43,351 bases of DNA, from positions 1 through 43,351 of the forward strand of contig CAZKUZ010000198.1 of the NCBI GenBank assembly GCA_964556045.1. Direction: 5' to 3'. Shown here in pieces: positions 29,144-37,759 of this stretch. The position numbers and the translations under genes were made by a program. Every line of letters begins with the position of its first letter. The stretch's first letter is position 1. Origin of the DNA: an uncultured Thermodesulfobacteriota bacterium. GTDB taxonomy: Bacteria; Desulfobacterota; S145-22. Under the pieces are notes generated by a model. That model saw nothing but the letters and a program-made list of their open reading frames with translations, did no database searches and was not told the origin of the DNA.

Positions 29144-29800
29144 GTGAAAGAATCACTGAATATCGGGGTGTTGATTTCGGGGCGGGGGTCCAACCTTCAG
29201 GCGATCATCGATGGCATTGAGCGGGGGAAAGTGGCGGCCAGGATTTCGGTGGTGGTGAGCAACAACCCGGATGCCTATGGCCTGGAGAGGGCTCGTAAAC
29301 ATGGGATCCCCGCGGTGGTGGTCGATCATAGAAAGTATTCTACCCGGCAGGAATTTGAATCGGTGCTTATTGAGCGTTTGAATGAAAAAGGTGTGGAGCT
29401 CGTGGTCCTGGCGGGATTCATGCGTGTGTTGACGGAGCGTTTTTTGAAGGCGTTTCCTTCCCGGGTGGTGAACATCCATCCGGCGCTTTTACCGTCGTTC
29501 CCGGGGGTCGGGGTTCAGGCGAAGGCGGTTGATTATGGAGTCAGGTTTTCCGGGTGTACCGTCCATTTCGTCAATGAGGGGGTGGATACGGGGCCCATCA
29601 TTGCCCAAGCGGTTGTTCCCGTTTACCCCACGGATACGGGAGAGGTCTTGGCGGACAGGATCCTTAAGATGGAGCATCAAATCTACCCGAAGGTTATTCA
29701 CTGGATCGCGGAAGGAAGGGTTCGTGTCGAGGGGCGTCGCGTGTTCGTGGAAGGGGCGAGAATGGACGAAGAAATCGCCTATATTGAACCCGTGGTGTGA
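29144..29800 (+). CDS. purN: Phosphoribosylglycinamide formyltransferase
   Basis: It has ISGRGSNLQAIID, NIHPALLP and GCTVHFV motifs. The GTG start is preceded by a G10 tract. Confidence 0.94.
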   Translation: MKESLNIGVLISGRGSNLQAIIDGIERGKVAARISVVVSNNPDAYGLERARKHGIPAVVVDHRKYSTRQEFESVLIERLNEKGVELVVLAGFMRVLTERFLKAFPSRVVNIHPALLPSFPGVGVQAKAVDYGVRFSGCTVHFVNEGVDTGPIIAQAVVPVYPTDTGEVLADRILKMEHQIYPKVIHWIAEGRVRVEGRRVFVEGARMDEEIAYIEPVV

Positions 29801-30273
29801 TGAATCCGCCTCCCATACTGGTAAGCGCCTGTCTCGTGGGATTCCGATGCCGATATGACGGAAAGGACAAGCTGGACCTCAATGTTTTGAAACGACTCGA
29901 GGGACATTCGTGGCTGGCCGTTTGTCCTGAGCAGCGGGCGGGACTTCCCACCCCGAGGGATCCCATCATGTTTGAGGGGGGCACGGGGCGTGATGCCTGC
30001 GAGGGGCGGGCGAGGGTTGTTCGTGCCGACGGGCGTGACGTAACCGACGAGCTTCTGAACGCCTCACGCTCGATAATCGAGGCGGTGAGAGTCTACGGGG
30101 TGAGGACCGCTGTCTTGAAGGAAAGGAGCCCTTCTTGTGGGGTTGCATGGACCTATCTGGGTGATAATCGCATGGAGGGTATGGGAATCTTCGCGGCCAT
30201 GCTTCAAAGGGAGAGAGTGGAGATTTTCAGTGAGGAAACCCTCCGATTTTGGAAGGCGGGGCGTTATCTATGA
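29797..30273 (+). CDS. DUF523 domain protein (TudS-like 2-thiouracil desulfurase family, putative [4Fe-4S])
   Basis: It has ILVSACLVGFRCRYDG, AVCPEQ..GLPTPR and ERSPSCG motifs, giving three conserved Cys. The start (GTG 29797 or ATG 29800) overlaps the purN stop. Confidence 0.85.
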   Translation: MMNPPPILVSACLVGFRCRYDGKDKLDLNVLKRLEGHSWLAVCPEQRAGLPTPRDPIMFEGGTGRDACEGRARVVRADGRDVTDELLNASRSIIEAVRVYGVRTAVLKERSPSCGVAWTYLGDNRMEGMGIFAAMLQRERVEIFSEETLRFWKAGRYL

Positions 30274-31676
30274 TATTTGATGTCCTGGTCGTGGGAGAGA
30301 CCCCCGCGGCGATGACGGCTGCGGCCCTTCTCATTCGCAAGGGGTTGAAGGTTGCGTGGATCGCCCCCTCTTTTCTGGAGGGGGTAAGAAAGGTCGCGAG
30401 GCCTAAAATCCCGGACGTCGTGTGGGATTTGCTGCCGCAGCCCCTTGTGCGGGAGATGCTCGAACGGCTGGGCGTTCCCTATAAACACCTGGAGAAGAGT
30501 GAGCGGCGCGGCGGCGGGATTCAGATGGTGAGCCCCGAGTTCAGAACCGGGGCGCTGGATGGTATTTTAGAGATCAAGCATGAACTGAAGCGGATTTTCG
30601 GCCTGGAAGAAACGGATTTGGCCAGGATTTTCCCGGAGGCCCAAGCCGGCGGAGAAGAGTTTCTGAAAAAATACTGGGGGCAGATCTTCAAAGGGGGGGC
30701 GGTCAAAAAGACCCAACCCCTGAGCCTGCTTGCGCCGGGGGAGTCGATTGCCCCTTCGCCCTTTTCCGTGGATGGCCTCCGGGTTGAACCCGGCCTGCGG
30801 CGCTTTTTCGAGCTTGGAATCTACTCTCAAAGTTATGTCTGCCAATGGGTTTTCCCCAAGTCCCTCGTAAGGCATTTCTTGCACAATCTGGGAAATTTGA
30901 ACCTCTTCGCGCAGGGGCGGCTTGTTTCCCCCGAAGAGATCTTCAAGGAGGTTTTCCAGATGGGGGGCGGCGAGATCTTCCCCGCCGGGCAAGAGATTTT
31001 TCTTGAGCCCCGTCGCGAGAAAGGCATAAGCCTGTGGCTGAACAAGGACGAGGTGGTGAACGGGACGGTTTGTCTCACGGCGGTTTCGCCGGAGGAAGCC
31101 CCGAAACTCTACGAGAACCTCCACGTTTCTCACCGACGCTGGCACGCGAAAGAGGAACCGGAAGAGATGACCTGCAAGATGGCCAATATCCTCTTTTCGA
31201 TTGATGCCAAGGGGATCCCCGGTGGAATGGGTGAAAATCTGACCCTTTATACGGGGGCGGCGACGGAGCCTTTTACGCCTCTGGATCTGGCTTTCTTGAC
31301 GCTGGAGAAGACGGGGGAAACGGGCGTTTACGAGGGACATTATACCGTTTTTTACGAGGAACTCGATGAAGGGGACCTGGAAGGCTGGGCGGCTCGACAG
31401 ATTCAGCGTCTTGAGGGGCTTTTCCCCTTTATGACCACCTACCTGACCGTCGAAGACGTGGTTGTCTCTGGGGAAAATCCACTGTCTTCCGGCGATTATT
31501 TTTACTACGGCACGAGGAAACGCCGGCTCGGGGCCGTCGGGGTCAAGGAGGGGGTGTTTGGAAAAAACTCCTATTACATCGGCCGCCGGCAGTTGGACTA
31601 TATGGGGTTGGAGGGGGAGCTTATCACGGCGTTTAAGTCGGTTCAGTGGGCATTGAACCGGCTGATGAAACTATGA
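30270..31676 (+). CDS. Hypothetical protein with a degenerate N-terminal dinucleotide-binding-like motif
   Basis: I place the start at ATG 30270, an ATGA overlap with the DUF523 stop. The N-terminus MIFDVLVVGETPAAMTAAALLIRKGLKV looks like a beta-alpha-beta FAD motif with GxGxxG degraded to GETPAA. I recognise no other motif. Confidence 0.7.
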   Translation: MIFDVLVVGETPAAMTAAALLIRKGLKVAWIAPSFLEGVRKVARPKIPDVVWDLLPQPLVREMLERLGVPYKHLEKSERRGGGIQMVSPEFRTGALDGILEIKHELKRIFGLEETDLARIFPEAQAGGEEFLKKYWGQIFKGGAVKKTQPLSLLAPGESIAPSPFSVDGLRVEPGLRRFFELGIYSQSYVCQWVFPKSLVRHFLHNLGNLNLFAQGRLVSPEEIFKEVFQMGGGEIFPAGQEIFLEPRREKGISLWLNKDEVVNGTVCLTAVSPEEAPKLYENLHVSHRRWHAKEEPEEMTCKMANILFSIDAKGIPGGMGENLTLYTGAATEPFTPLDLAFLTLEKTGETGVYEGHYTVFYEELDEGDLEGWAARQIQRLEGLFPFMTTYLTVEDVVVSGENPLSSGDYFYYGTRKRRLGAVGVKEGVFGKNSYYIGRRQLDYMGLEGELITAFKSVQWALNRLMKL

Positions 31677-31686
31677 GGAGGCCGAC

Positions 31687-33243
31687 ATGGATGAAAACCT
31701 GAGAAAAAGGATGCTGTCCCCGGATTTCTACCCCCATCATCCCTCCCATGTGGAGGAGATTCAGACCCATATCTCACACGTCTTTATCGCACCCCCCTAT
31801 GTCTACAAGGTGAAAAAACCGGTCGATTTCGGGTTCCTCGATTTTACGACACTGGCGCGGCGGTGTTTCTACACGTTCCGGGAGCTTCTCTTGAACTCAC
31901 GGTTTTCCCCCGATCTCTACCTCGAGGTGCTTCCCGTTGCCTTCGACGGGGAGACGTACCGGCTCTCGGGAGAGGGTGAGCACGTGGAATACGCCCTGGT
32001 CATGAATCAGTTCGATGGAAGCAGGACCATGAAGCGCCTGATAGAGGATGGAACCCTGACGGATGGCCAGGTGGAGGCACTGGCGAGGCGACTCGCTGAC
32101 ATTCACGGAAAGGCTCAGGCTATTCACCCTGAAAGGAGGCTGGGTTCCTACGACTCGGTGCGTTATGATTGCGAGGAAAATTTCGACCAGCTGGCCCCTT
32201 TCGTGGGGGATTTTGTCGATCAGGGGTTCTGGTCTGCTGTCAAGGAAGGGACCCTCGGATTTCTCGAGAGGCATCAGGATCTTTTCCGGTTTCGCCTCGA
32301 AAACGGGTTTGTCAGGGACTGCCACGGGGACCTACATACGGAACATATCATCTTCGAAAAACGGGCCCTCCATATCTTCGACTGCATCGAGTTCAACGAA
32401 CGGTTTCGATTTATCGATATCATGTCTGACCTCGCCTTCCTCGTGATGGAGCTCATCTTTCTGGAGCAGTCCGATAGGAATCCACTCCTCTTGGACACCT
32501 ATTTCTCTCACATTGAGGATCCCTGGGGTCCGCTGCTGATCGACTTCTATGCCTGTTATCGTGCCACCGTCCGGGCGAAGGTGCACGCGTTCACCGCCGG
32601 CGATCCGTCTGTGCCGGTTCAGCAGCGCGAGCGCTCGAAGGCCTTGTCTCAGTCCTATCTGAACCTCGCGAAACGTTTGATCCAGCGCTACGCGCGTCCC
32701 TGGCTGGTCCTGACCATGGGGCTGTCCGGAACGGGAAAGACCACCGTGGCGAAGGCCTTGAAAGAGAAATCCGGAATCGAGGTTCTGAGTTCCGACGTCA
32801 TTCGTAAAGAGCTCGTGAAGGATGCCGGCGCCCGGAGCGGTGCTTGGAACGAGGGGATCTATCGTCCGGAGAACCGGGCCCAGGTCTATGAAAAGATGTT
32901 CGAGGCGGCCCGGGACACTTTGGGAAAGAAGCGATCCCTCTGTCTCGATGCCAGCTTTCTCGATGCGGCCCAGAGGGAACGGGCCTACGCGATTGCCCAG
33001 GAGATGAATGTGAATTTTCTTGCCATTGTTTGCCACTGCGAGGAAGATCAGGTCAAGCGACTCCTCGAGAAACGCCAGGCGGAGGGGACCGATCCGTCGG
33101 ACGCGGACTTCAGCATCTATCTCAGGCAGAAAGAGGCCTTCAAGGGCTGGGATCCCATCCCGGCTTTTCACCGTTTTCCGGTGGATACCACGGAGGGAGT
33201 TCCCGAACAGGAACTCTCCCTGCTGGCCCCCTTTGTTTCTTAA
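31687..33243 (+). CDS. Two-domain protein: N-terminal aminoglycoside-phosphotransferase-like kinase fold plus C-terminal P-loop (AAA_33-type) kinase
   Basis: It has the Brenner-type motif CHGDLHTEHIIF and a downstream FDCIEF...IDIMSDLAFL. The Walker A motif is GLSGTGKTTVAKAL in the C-terminal third. Confidence 0.8.
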   Translation: MDENLRKRMLSPDFYPHHPSHVEEIQTHISHVFIAPPYVYKVKKPVDFGFLDFTTLARRCFYTFRELLLNSRFSPDLYLEVLPVAFDGETYRLSGEGEHVEYALVMNQFDGSRTMKRLIEDGTLTDGQVEALARRLADIHGKAQAIHPERRLGSYDSVRYDCEENFDQLAPFVGDFVDQGFWSAVKEGTLGFLERHQDLFRFRLENGFVRDCHGDLHTEHIIFEKRALHIFDCIEFNERFRFIDIMSDLAFLVMELIFLEQSDRNPLLLDTYFSHIEDPWGPLLIDFYACYRATVRAKVHAFTAGDPSVPVQQRERSKALSQSYLNLAKRLIQRYARPWLVLTMGLSGTGKTTVAKALKEKSGIEVLSSDVIRKELVKDAGARSGAWNEGIYRPENRAQVYEKMFEAARDTLGKKRSLCLDASFLDAAQRERAYAIAQEMNVNFLAIVCHCEEDQVKRLLEKRQAEGTDPSDADFSIYLRQKEAFKGWDPIPAFHRFPVDTTEGVPEQELSLLAPFVS

Positions 33244-33356
33244 GTATTAATCCTGACTTCACGGTAAATTTAGCCATAAACCATACCTATCCCCGGGGGT
33301 AGGGTGAGTTTGTAATGTTTTGTGTGTGAAAGTGTAAGATAAATCCGCTTTAATTG

Positions 33357-33386
33357 TTGACATGACTCGACGATTTGTGGTATGAA
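33357..33386 (+). promoter_or_regulatory. Candidate promoter of the glutamate synthase operon
   Basis: TTGACA (33357-33362), an 18-nt spacer, then TATGAA (33381-33386). The -10 box contains the ATG used as the ORF start in the track. Confidence 0.4.
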
Positions 33387-34524
33387 GCAGTTCACTTTTG
33401 AAGAGGGAAGAGACGAGGGAATGATTAACTTCAACGATCTTTATCGAGAGAGGGAAATCTCGGGATGTGGGCTCAGCGCCTACATGGATGAATCGGGCAG
33501 GCGTAGTTCCGGGGATGATATCATTCAGTCGATAGCCCTGCTCCACGACCGGAGCAACGGCCTCGGAGGTGGTTTCGCGGCCTACGGTATCTATCCCGAA
33601 TTCCCCGACAGTTATGCCTTCCACCTCTTCTACGATGACAGCTCGAGCCAGGTTGCCTGTGAGGAGCTGATCCACGGGAGTTTCAATATCCGGGAATCGG
33701 GACCGATTGTCACGCGGAAGGCCTTCGGGATCGGGCCGTCCCCCATCATCTGGCGGTACTTCGTGGAACCGAAGGAGGAGGTTCTCAGCCGTTACAGTCT
33801 TTCCCCCGATGATTTTGTCGTCCAGGAAGTCATGAAGATCAACACCGCCATCAAAGGGGCCTTCGTTTTTTCCAGCGGAAAGAACATGGGGGCCTTCAAG
33901 GCCGTCGGGTTTCCGGAGGATGTGGGGGACTTCTACCGGCTTGATGAGTACCGGGCCTATATGTGGATCGCCCACGGGCGGTTTCCGACCAACACCCCTG
34001 GGTGGTGGGGAGGGGCGCATCCCTTTACCATTCTCGACTGGGCCATCGTGCATAACGGAGAAATCTCTTCCTACGGTATCAACAAGCGCTACGTGGAAAT
34101 GTTCGGCTACCACTGCACCATGATGACGGATACGGAGGTCATGGCCTATCTCTTCGACCTCCTGCTGCGGAAACATGAGCTTCCCGTGGAGACGGCCTGC
34201 TCCATCCTGGCTCCCCCCTTCTGGGACCTGATTGAGCATATGCCGGAAGAGCAAAAGGAGTATTACACCGCGCTTCGCATGGTCTACGGAAGCGCCATGG
34301 CCAACGGCCCGTTCGCCATCGTCCTTGGAAGCCGGAACATGATGCTCGCCCTGAACGACCGCGTGAAATTGCGTCCCCTGGTGGCCGCCCGAAAGGGGAG
34401 TGTTGTCTATGTGTCGAGTGAGGAGTCGGGGATTCGCGAGATTTGCCCTCATCCCGATACGGTCTGGATGCCCAGGACGGGGGAACCCGTTATCGCGAGA
34501 CTCCAGGAGGGGGTTGCGTCGTGA
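33382..34524 (+). CDS. Class II (Ntn) glutamine amidotransferase domain protein, glutamate synthase domain 1-like
   Basis: It has a GCGLSAYMD Cys-nucleophile context, HNGEISSYG (HNGEI.N-type) and AHGRFPTNTPG (RF.TNT) motifs. The start is uncertain (ATG 33382 or ATG 33421). Confidence 0.85.
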   Translation: MKQFTFEEGRDEGMINFNDLYREREISGCGLSAYMDESGRRSSGDDIIQSIALLHDRSNGLGGGFAAYGIYPEFPDSYAFHLFYDDSSSQVACEELIHGSFNIRESGPIVTRKAFGIGPSPIIWRYFVEPKEEVLSRYSLSPDDFVVQEVMKINTAIKGAFVFSSGKNMGAFKAVGFPEDVGDFYRLDEYRAYMWIAHGRFPTNTPGWWGGAHPFTILDWAIVHNGEISSYGINKRYVEMFGYHCTMMTDTEVMAYLFDLLLRKHELPVETACSILAPPFWDLIEHMPEEQKEYYTALRMVYGSAMANGPFAIVLGSRNMMLALNDRVKLRPLVAARKGSVVYVSSEESGIREICPHPDTVWMPRTGEPVIARLQEGVAS

Positions 34525-36035
34525 GATTCAGTTATATCGAACCGGAATTTCGTATCGAACGCGACCTTGAGCGGTGCATACGGTGCCAGGTTTGCGTTCG
34601 CCAGTGCGCCTTCGAGGCCCATATTTATGACGAAGCCTCCGATGTCGTCACGGCCGATTCGAACAAGTGTGTCGGTTGCCTCCGGTGTGTCACGATGTGT
34701 CCCACCGATGCCCTCATCGTCCGCCCGAATCCCACCGGTTTCAAGGAAAACGCCAACTGGACGGGGAGGATCATAAAAAACATTTACAAGCAGGCGGAGA
34801 CCGGGGGAGTCTTGCTGACCGGGATGGGGAACGATCGTCCCTATCCGATCTATTGGGATCATATGGTGCTGAACGCCAGCCAGGTGACCAATCCCTCCAT
34901 CGACCCGCTCCGTGAACCGATGGAATTGAAGACCTATCTGGGACGGAAGCCGGAGCGGCTGGATGTCTCTCTCAAGGATGGGAAGGTCAGCCTGAATACG
35001 AAACTTGCCCCTCAGCTGGAACTGAGGATGCCGGTCCTCTTTTCCGCGCTTTCCTATGGCGCCATCAGCTTCAACGCCAGCAAGGCCCTGGCCAGCGCCG
35101 CCTACGAATTCGGCACCTATTACAACACGGGGGAAGGGGGGCTCCACAGGGACCTCTACCAGTATGGGGAGCGAACGATCGTCCAGTGCGCCTCGGGGCG
35201 TTTCGGGGTTCACAAGGACTATCTCCAGGCGGGCGCGGCCATCGAGATCAAGATCGGGCAGGGGGCGAAGCCGGGGATTGGGGGCCACCTTCCCGGCGAG
35301 AAGGTGAGCAGTGAGGTTTCCAAGACCCGGATGATCCCCGAGGGATCCGACGCGCTCTCTCCCGCGCCTCACCACGACATCTACTCCATCGAGGACCTCC
35401 GGCAGCTCATCTATGCCTTGAAGGAGGCGACCCGGTACGAAAAACCCGTCTCGGTGAAGATAGCGGCGGTGCATAATTCGGCGGCCATCGCCAGCGGAAT
35501 GGTGCGCGCGGGGGCCGATATCATCGCCCTCGATGGCATCCGCGGCGGGACCGGCGCGGCCCCCACGACCATTCGGGACAACGTGGGGATTCCTATTGAA
35601 CTCGCCATCGCCTCGGTCGACCAGCGTCTGCGCGAGGAGGGGATCCGTCACCAGGCATCCATTATCGCGGCGGGAGGGTTTAGAAGCAGTTCTGATGTGG
35701 TGAAGGCCATTGCCCTGGGCGCGGACGCCGTCTACATCGGAACGTCCGCCCTCGTGGCGATGGGGTGTCACCTTTGCCAGATCTGTTACACGGGAAAGTG
35801 CAACTGGGGGATTGCCACGCAGGATCCCTACCTGGAGAAACGCCTCAATCCCGACATCGCGAAGGAGCGGCTGATGAATCTCCTTCGGGCATGGGAGCAT
35901 GAAATCAAGGAGATGCTGGGAGGAATGGGGATCAACGCGATTGAGAGCCTCAGGGGTAACCGCCTCCATTTGAGGGGGGTCGGCCTCACGGACACCGAAC
36001 TGGAGATTCTTGGCATCTTGCCAGCGGGAAGGTAA
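34521..36035 (+). CDS. Glutamate synthase FMN-binding domain protein (domain 2-like) with an N-terminal 2x[4Fe-4S] ferredoxin domain
   Basis: The GTG start overlaps the upstream stop (GTGA). It has CIRCQVCVRQC and CVGCLRCVTMCP cluster motifs. It also has the GltS signature IKIGQGAKPGIGGHLPG and GIRGGTGAAP. Confidence 0.9.
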   Translation: MRFSYIEPEFRIERDLERCIRCQVCVRQCAFEAHIYDEASDVVTADSNKCVGCLRCVTMCPTDALIVRPNPTGFKENANWTGRIIKNIYKQAETGGVLLTGMGNDRPYPIYWDHMVLNASQVTNPSIDPLREPMELKTYLGRKPERLDVSLKDGKVSLNTKLAPQLELRMPVLFSALSYGAISFNASKALASAAYEFGTYYNTGEGGLHRDLYQYGERTIVQCASGRFGVHKDYLQAGAAIEIKIGQGAKPGIGGHLPGEKVSSEVSKTRMIPEGSDALSPAPHHDIYSIEDLRQLIYALKEATRYEKPVSVKIAAVHNSAAIASGMVRAGADIIALDGIRGGTGAAPTTIRDNVGIPIELAIASVDQRLREEGIRHQASIIAAGGFRSSSDVVKAIALGADAVYIGTSALVAMGCHLCQICYTGKCNWGIATQDPYLEKRLNPDIAKERLMNLLRAWEHEIKEMLGGMGINAIESLRGNRLHLRGVGLTDTELEILGILPAGR

Positions 36036-36044
36036 CTCAGGAAG

Positions 36045-36491
36045 ATGAAACGGGTTTACGCGAAAGAAGAGGTATGCGCCGGGTGCAGGCTCTGTGAGAT
36101 CTGGTGCGTGGTGGCGCATTCGAAAACAAAGAACATCATCAAGGCCTTCAACGAAGAGTTTCCCAGGCCCCTGCCGCGCGTCAAGGTGGAGGAGTTTGGT
36201 CCTTTCTCTTTTGCCCTTCAGTGTCGGCATTGTCATGAGCCCCCGTGCATTGAGGCCTGCATGACAGGAGCCATGCACCGCGAGACCCCGGATGGACCGG
36301 TGCTTCATGACCCTGACAAGTGTGTGGGGTGCTGGATGTGTATCATGGTGTGTCCCTACGGGGCTATCGCGAGGGATGAGACGGAAAAAAAGATCGCCAG
36401 CAAGTGTGACCTCTGCCAGGGAGAGGAGGAGCCGGCTTGCGTGGCTCACTGCCCGAATGAGGCCCTTGTATTCGAGGATAGAGGGGAATGA
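36045..36491 (+). CDS. 4Fe-4S dicluster ferredoxin-domain protein
   Basis: 148 aa with Cys motifs CAGCRLCEIWC, CRHCHEPPCIEAC, CVGCWMCIMVCP and CDLC...CVAHCP. Confidence 0.88.
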   Translation: MKRVYAKEEVCAGCRLCEIWCVVAHSKTKNIIKAFNEEFPRPLPRVKVEEFGPFSFALQCRHCHEPPCIEACMTGAMHRETPDGPVLHDPDKCVGCWMCIMVCPYGAIARDETEKKIASKCDLCQGEEEPACVAHCPNEALVFEDRGE

Positions 36492-37759
36492 AATACGTTA
36501 TTATAGGAAACTCCGTTGCGGCCGTCGGGGGAGTGGAAGGGATTCGGCAGGTCGACCCCGAGGGAGAGATCGTCCTGATCTCAAAGGAACCGTACGCGAC
36601 CTATTCACGCCCGCTGATTTCTTATTTCCTGGCGGGGAAGGTGGATACCCGACACATGGCCTATCGTCCGGCTTCTTTCTACAAGACGCATGACGTGACG
36701 GCGCTCCTTGGGAGGGAAGCGGCGCGGCTGGACACGAAAAACGCCAAGGTTATCCTGGCGGATGGGGAAGAGATTTCTTATGATCGCCTGTTGATAGCGA
36801 CGGGAGGCGTGCCTTTCGTTCCCCCCATCAAGGGGGTTGAGGCCAAGGGAGTGACGACCTTCACCACCTGGGATGACGCGAAATCCCTTAAACGTCTTGC
36901 CCCAGCCCTGAAGAGAGTGGTGATTCTCGGAGGCGGTCTTATAGGCGTCAAGGCGATGGAGGGGCTTCAGGCCCATGGTATTGATATTACCGTTGTCGAG
37001 TTGATGGATCGTATCCTGGGATTGGTGTTGGACAAGACGGCCTCGGGAATCCTCGAGAGGAAGCTGGTTCAAGAGGGCGTTCGCCTCAAGAAGGAAACCA
37101 CCATTCGTGAAATCGTTTCCGGTGAGGATGGGAAGGTAAGGGAAGTTTTATTGGAGAACGGAGAGAGCCTGGAGGCGGATCATGTCATCATCGCCATCGG
37201 GGTGCGGCCGAACCTCGGGGTCGTGGAGGATTCCCCGATAGAATGCGGGCGCGGGATTTTGGTGGGCGACACCATGCGGACCAGCGTCCCCAATGTCTTC
37301 GCGGCGGGAGACGTGGCGGAGGCCTTGGAGCTTCTGAGCGGTGAAAAACGTGTTATTCCCATTCTCCCCAATGCTTACCGACAGGGGAAGATAGCCGGAA
37401 TGACCATGGCGGGACGGGAGACTCCCTATCTGGGGGGACTGGTCATGAATTCGGTCGAGGTCGGGGGAATACCGGCCATCTCGGCGGGCCTCATGAACCC
37501 GGAGGATAAGCCGGGTTACGAGGTCAAGAGACGTTTGAATAGAAGGGAGAATACCTACCAAAAAATGGTTATCAAGGACAACCGGTTGGTAGGCTTCATC
37601 CTGATCGGCGCCGTGGACCGGGCGGGGATTTATACGGGATTGATACGGGAGAGAATCGATATCAGGCCCTTCAAGAACAGACTTCTGGATCCCGATTTCG
37701 GGGTCATCGATTTTCCCAGGGACTTGAGAAGTTATAAACTTTCAACCGTGTATATGTGA
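36488..37759 (+). CDS. FAD-dependent pyridine nucleotide-disulfide oxidoreductase family protein (ferredoxin/rubredoxin-reductase-like, no redox Cys seen)
   Basis: It has FAD motif KYVIIGNSVAAVGG, NAD(P) motif RVVILGGGLIGVKAMEG and AAGDVAE. It overlaps the upstream stop by 4 nt. Confidence 0.88.
   Translation: MKYVIIGNSVAAVGGVEGIRQVDPEGEIVLISKEPYATYSRPLISYFLAGKVDTRHMAYRPASFYKTHDVTALLGREAARLDTKNAKVILADGEEISYDRLLIATGGVPFVPPIKGVEAKGVTTFTTWDDAKSLKRLAPALKRVVILGGGLIGVKAMEGLQAHGIDITVVELMDRILGLVLDKTASGILERKLVQEGVRLKKETTIREIVSGEDGKVREVLLENGESLEADHVIIAIGVRPNLGVVEDSPIECGRGILVGDTMRTSVPNVFAAGDVAEALELLSGEKRVIPILPNAYRQGKIAGMTMAGRETPYLGGLVMNSVEVGGIPAISAGLMNPEDKPGYEVKRRLNRRENTYQKMVIKDNRLVGFILIGAVDRAGIYTGLIRERIDIRPFKNRLLDPDFGVIDFPRDLRSYKLSTVYM

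Noticed and set aside
34449-36449. A 666-aa minus-strand ORF covering the glutamate synthase FMN-domain gene and part of the ferredoxin gene.
   Set aside because: The reasoning is the same: it is antisense to two genes with clear signatures (QGAKPGIGGHLPG, multiple CxxCxxCxxxC). It has Arg/Pro/Gly-rich composition and no translation signals.
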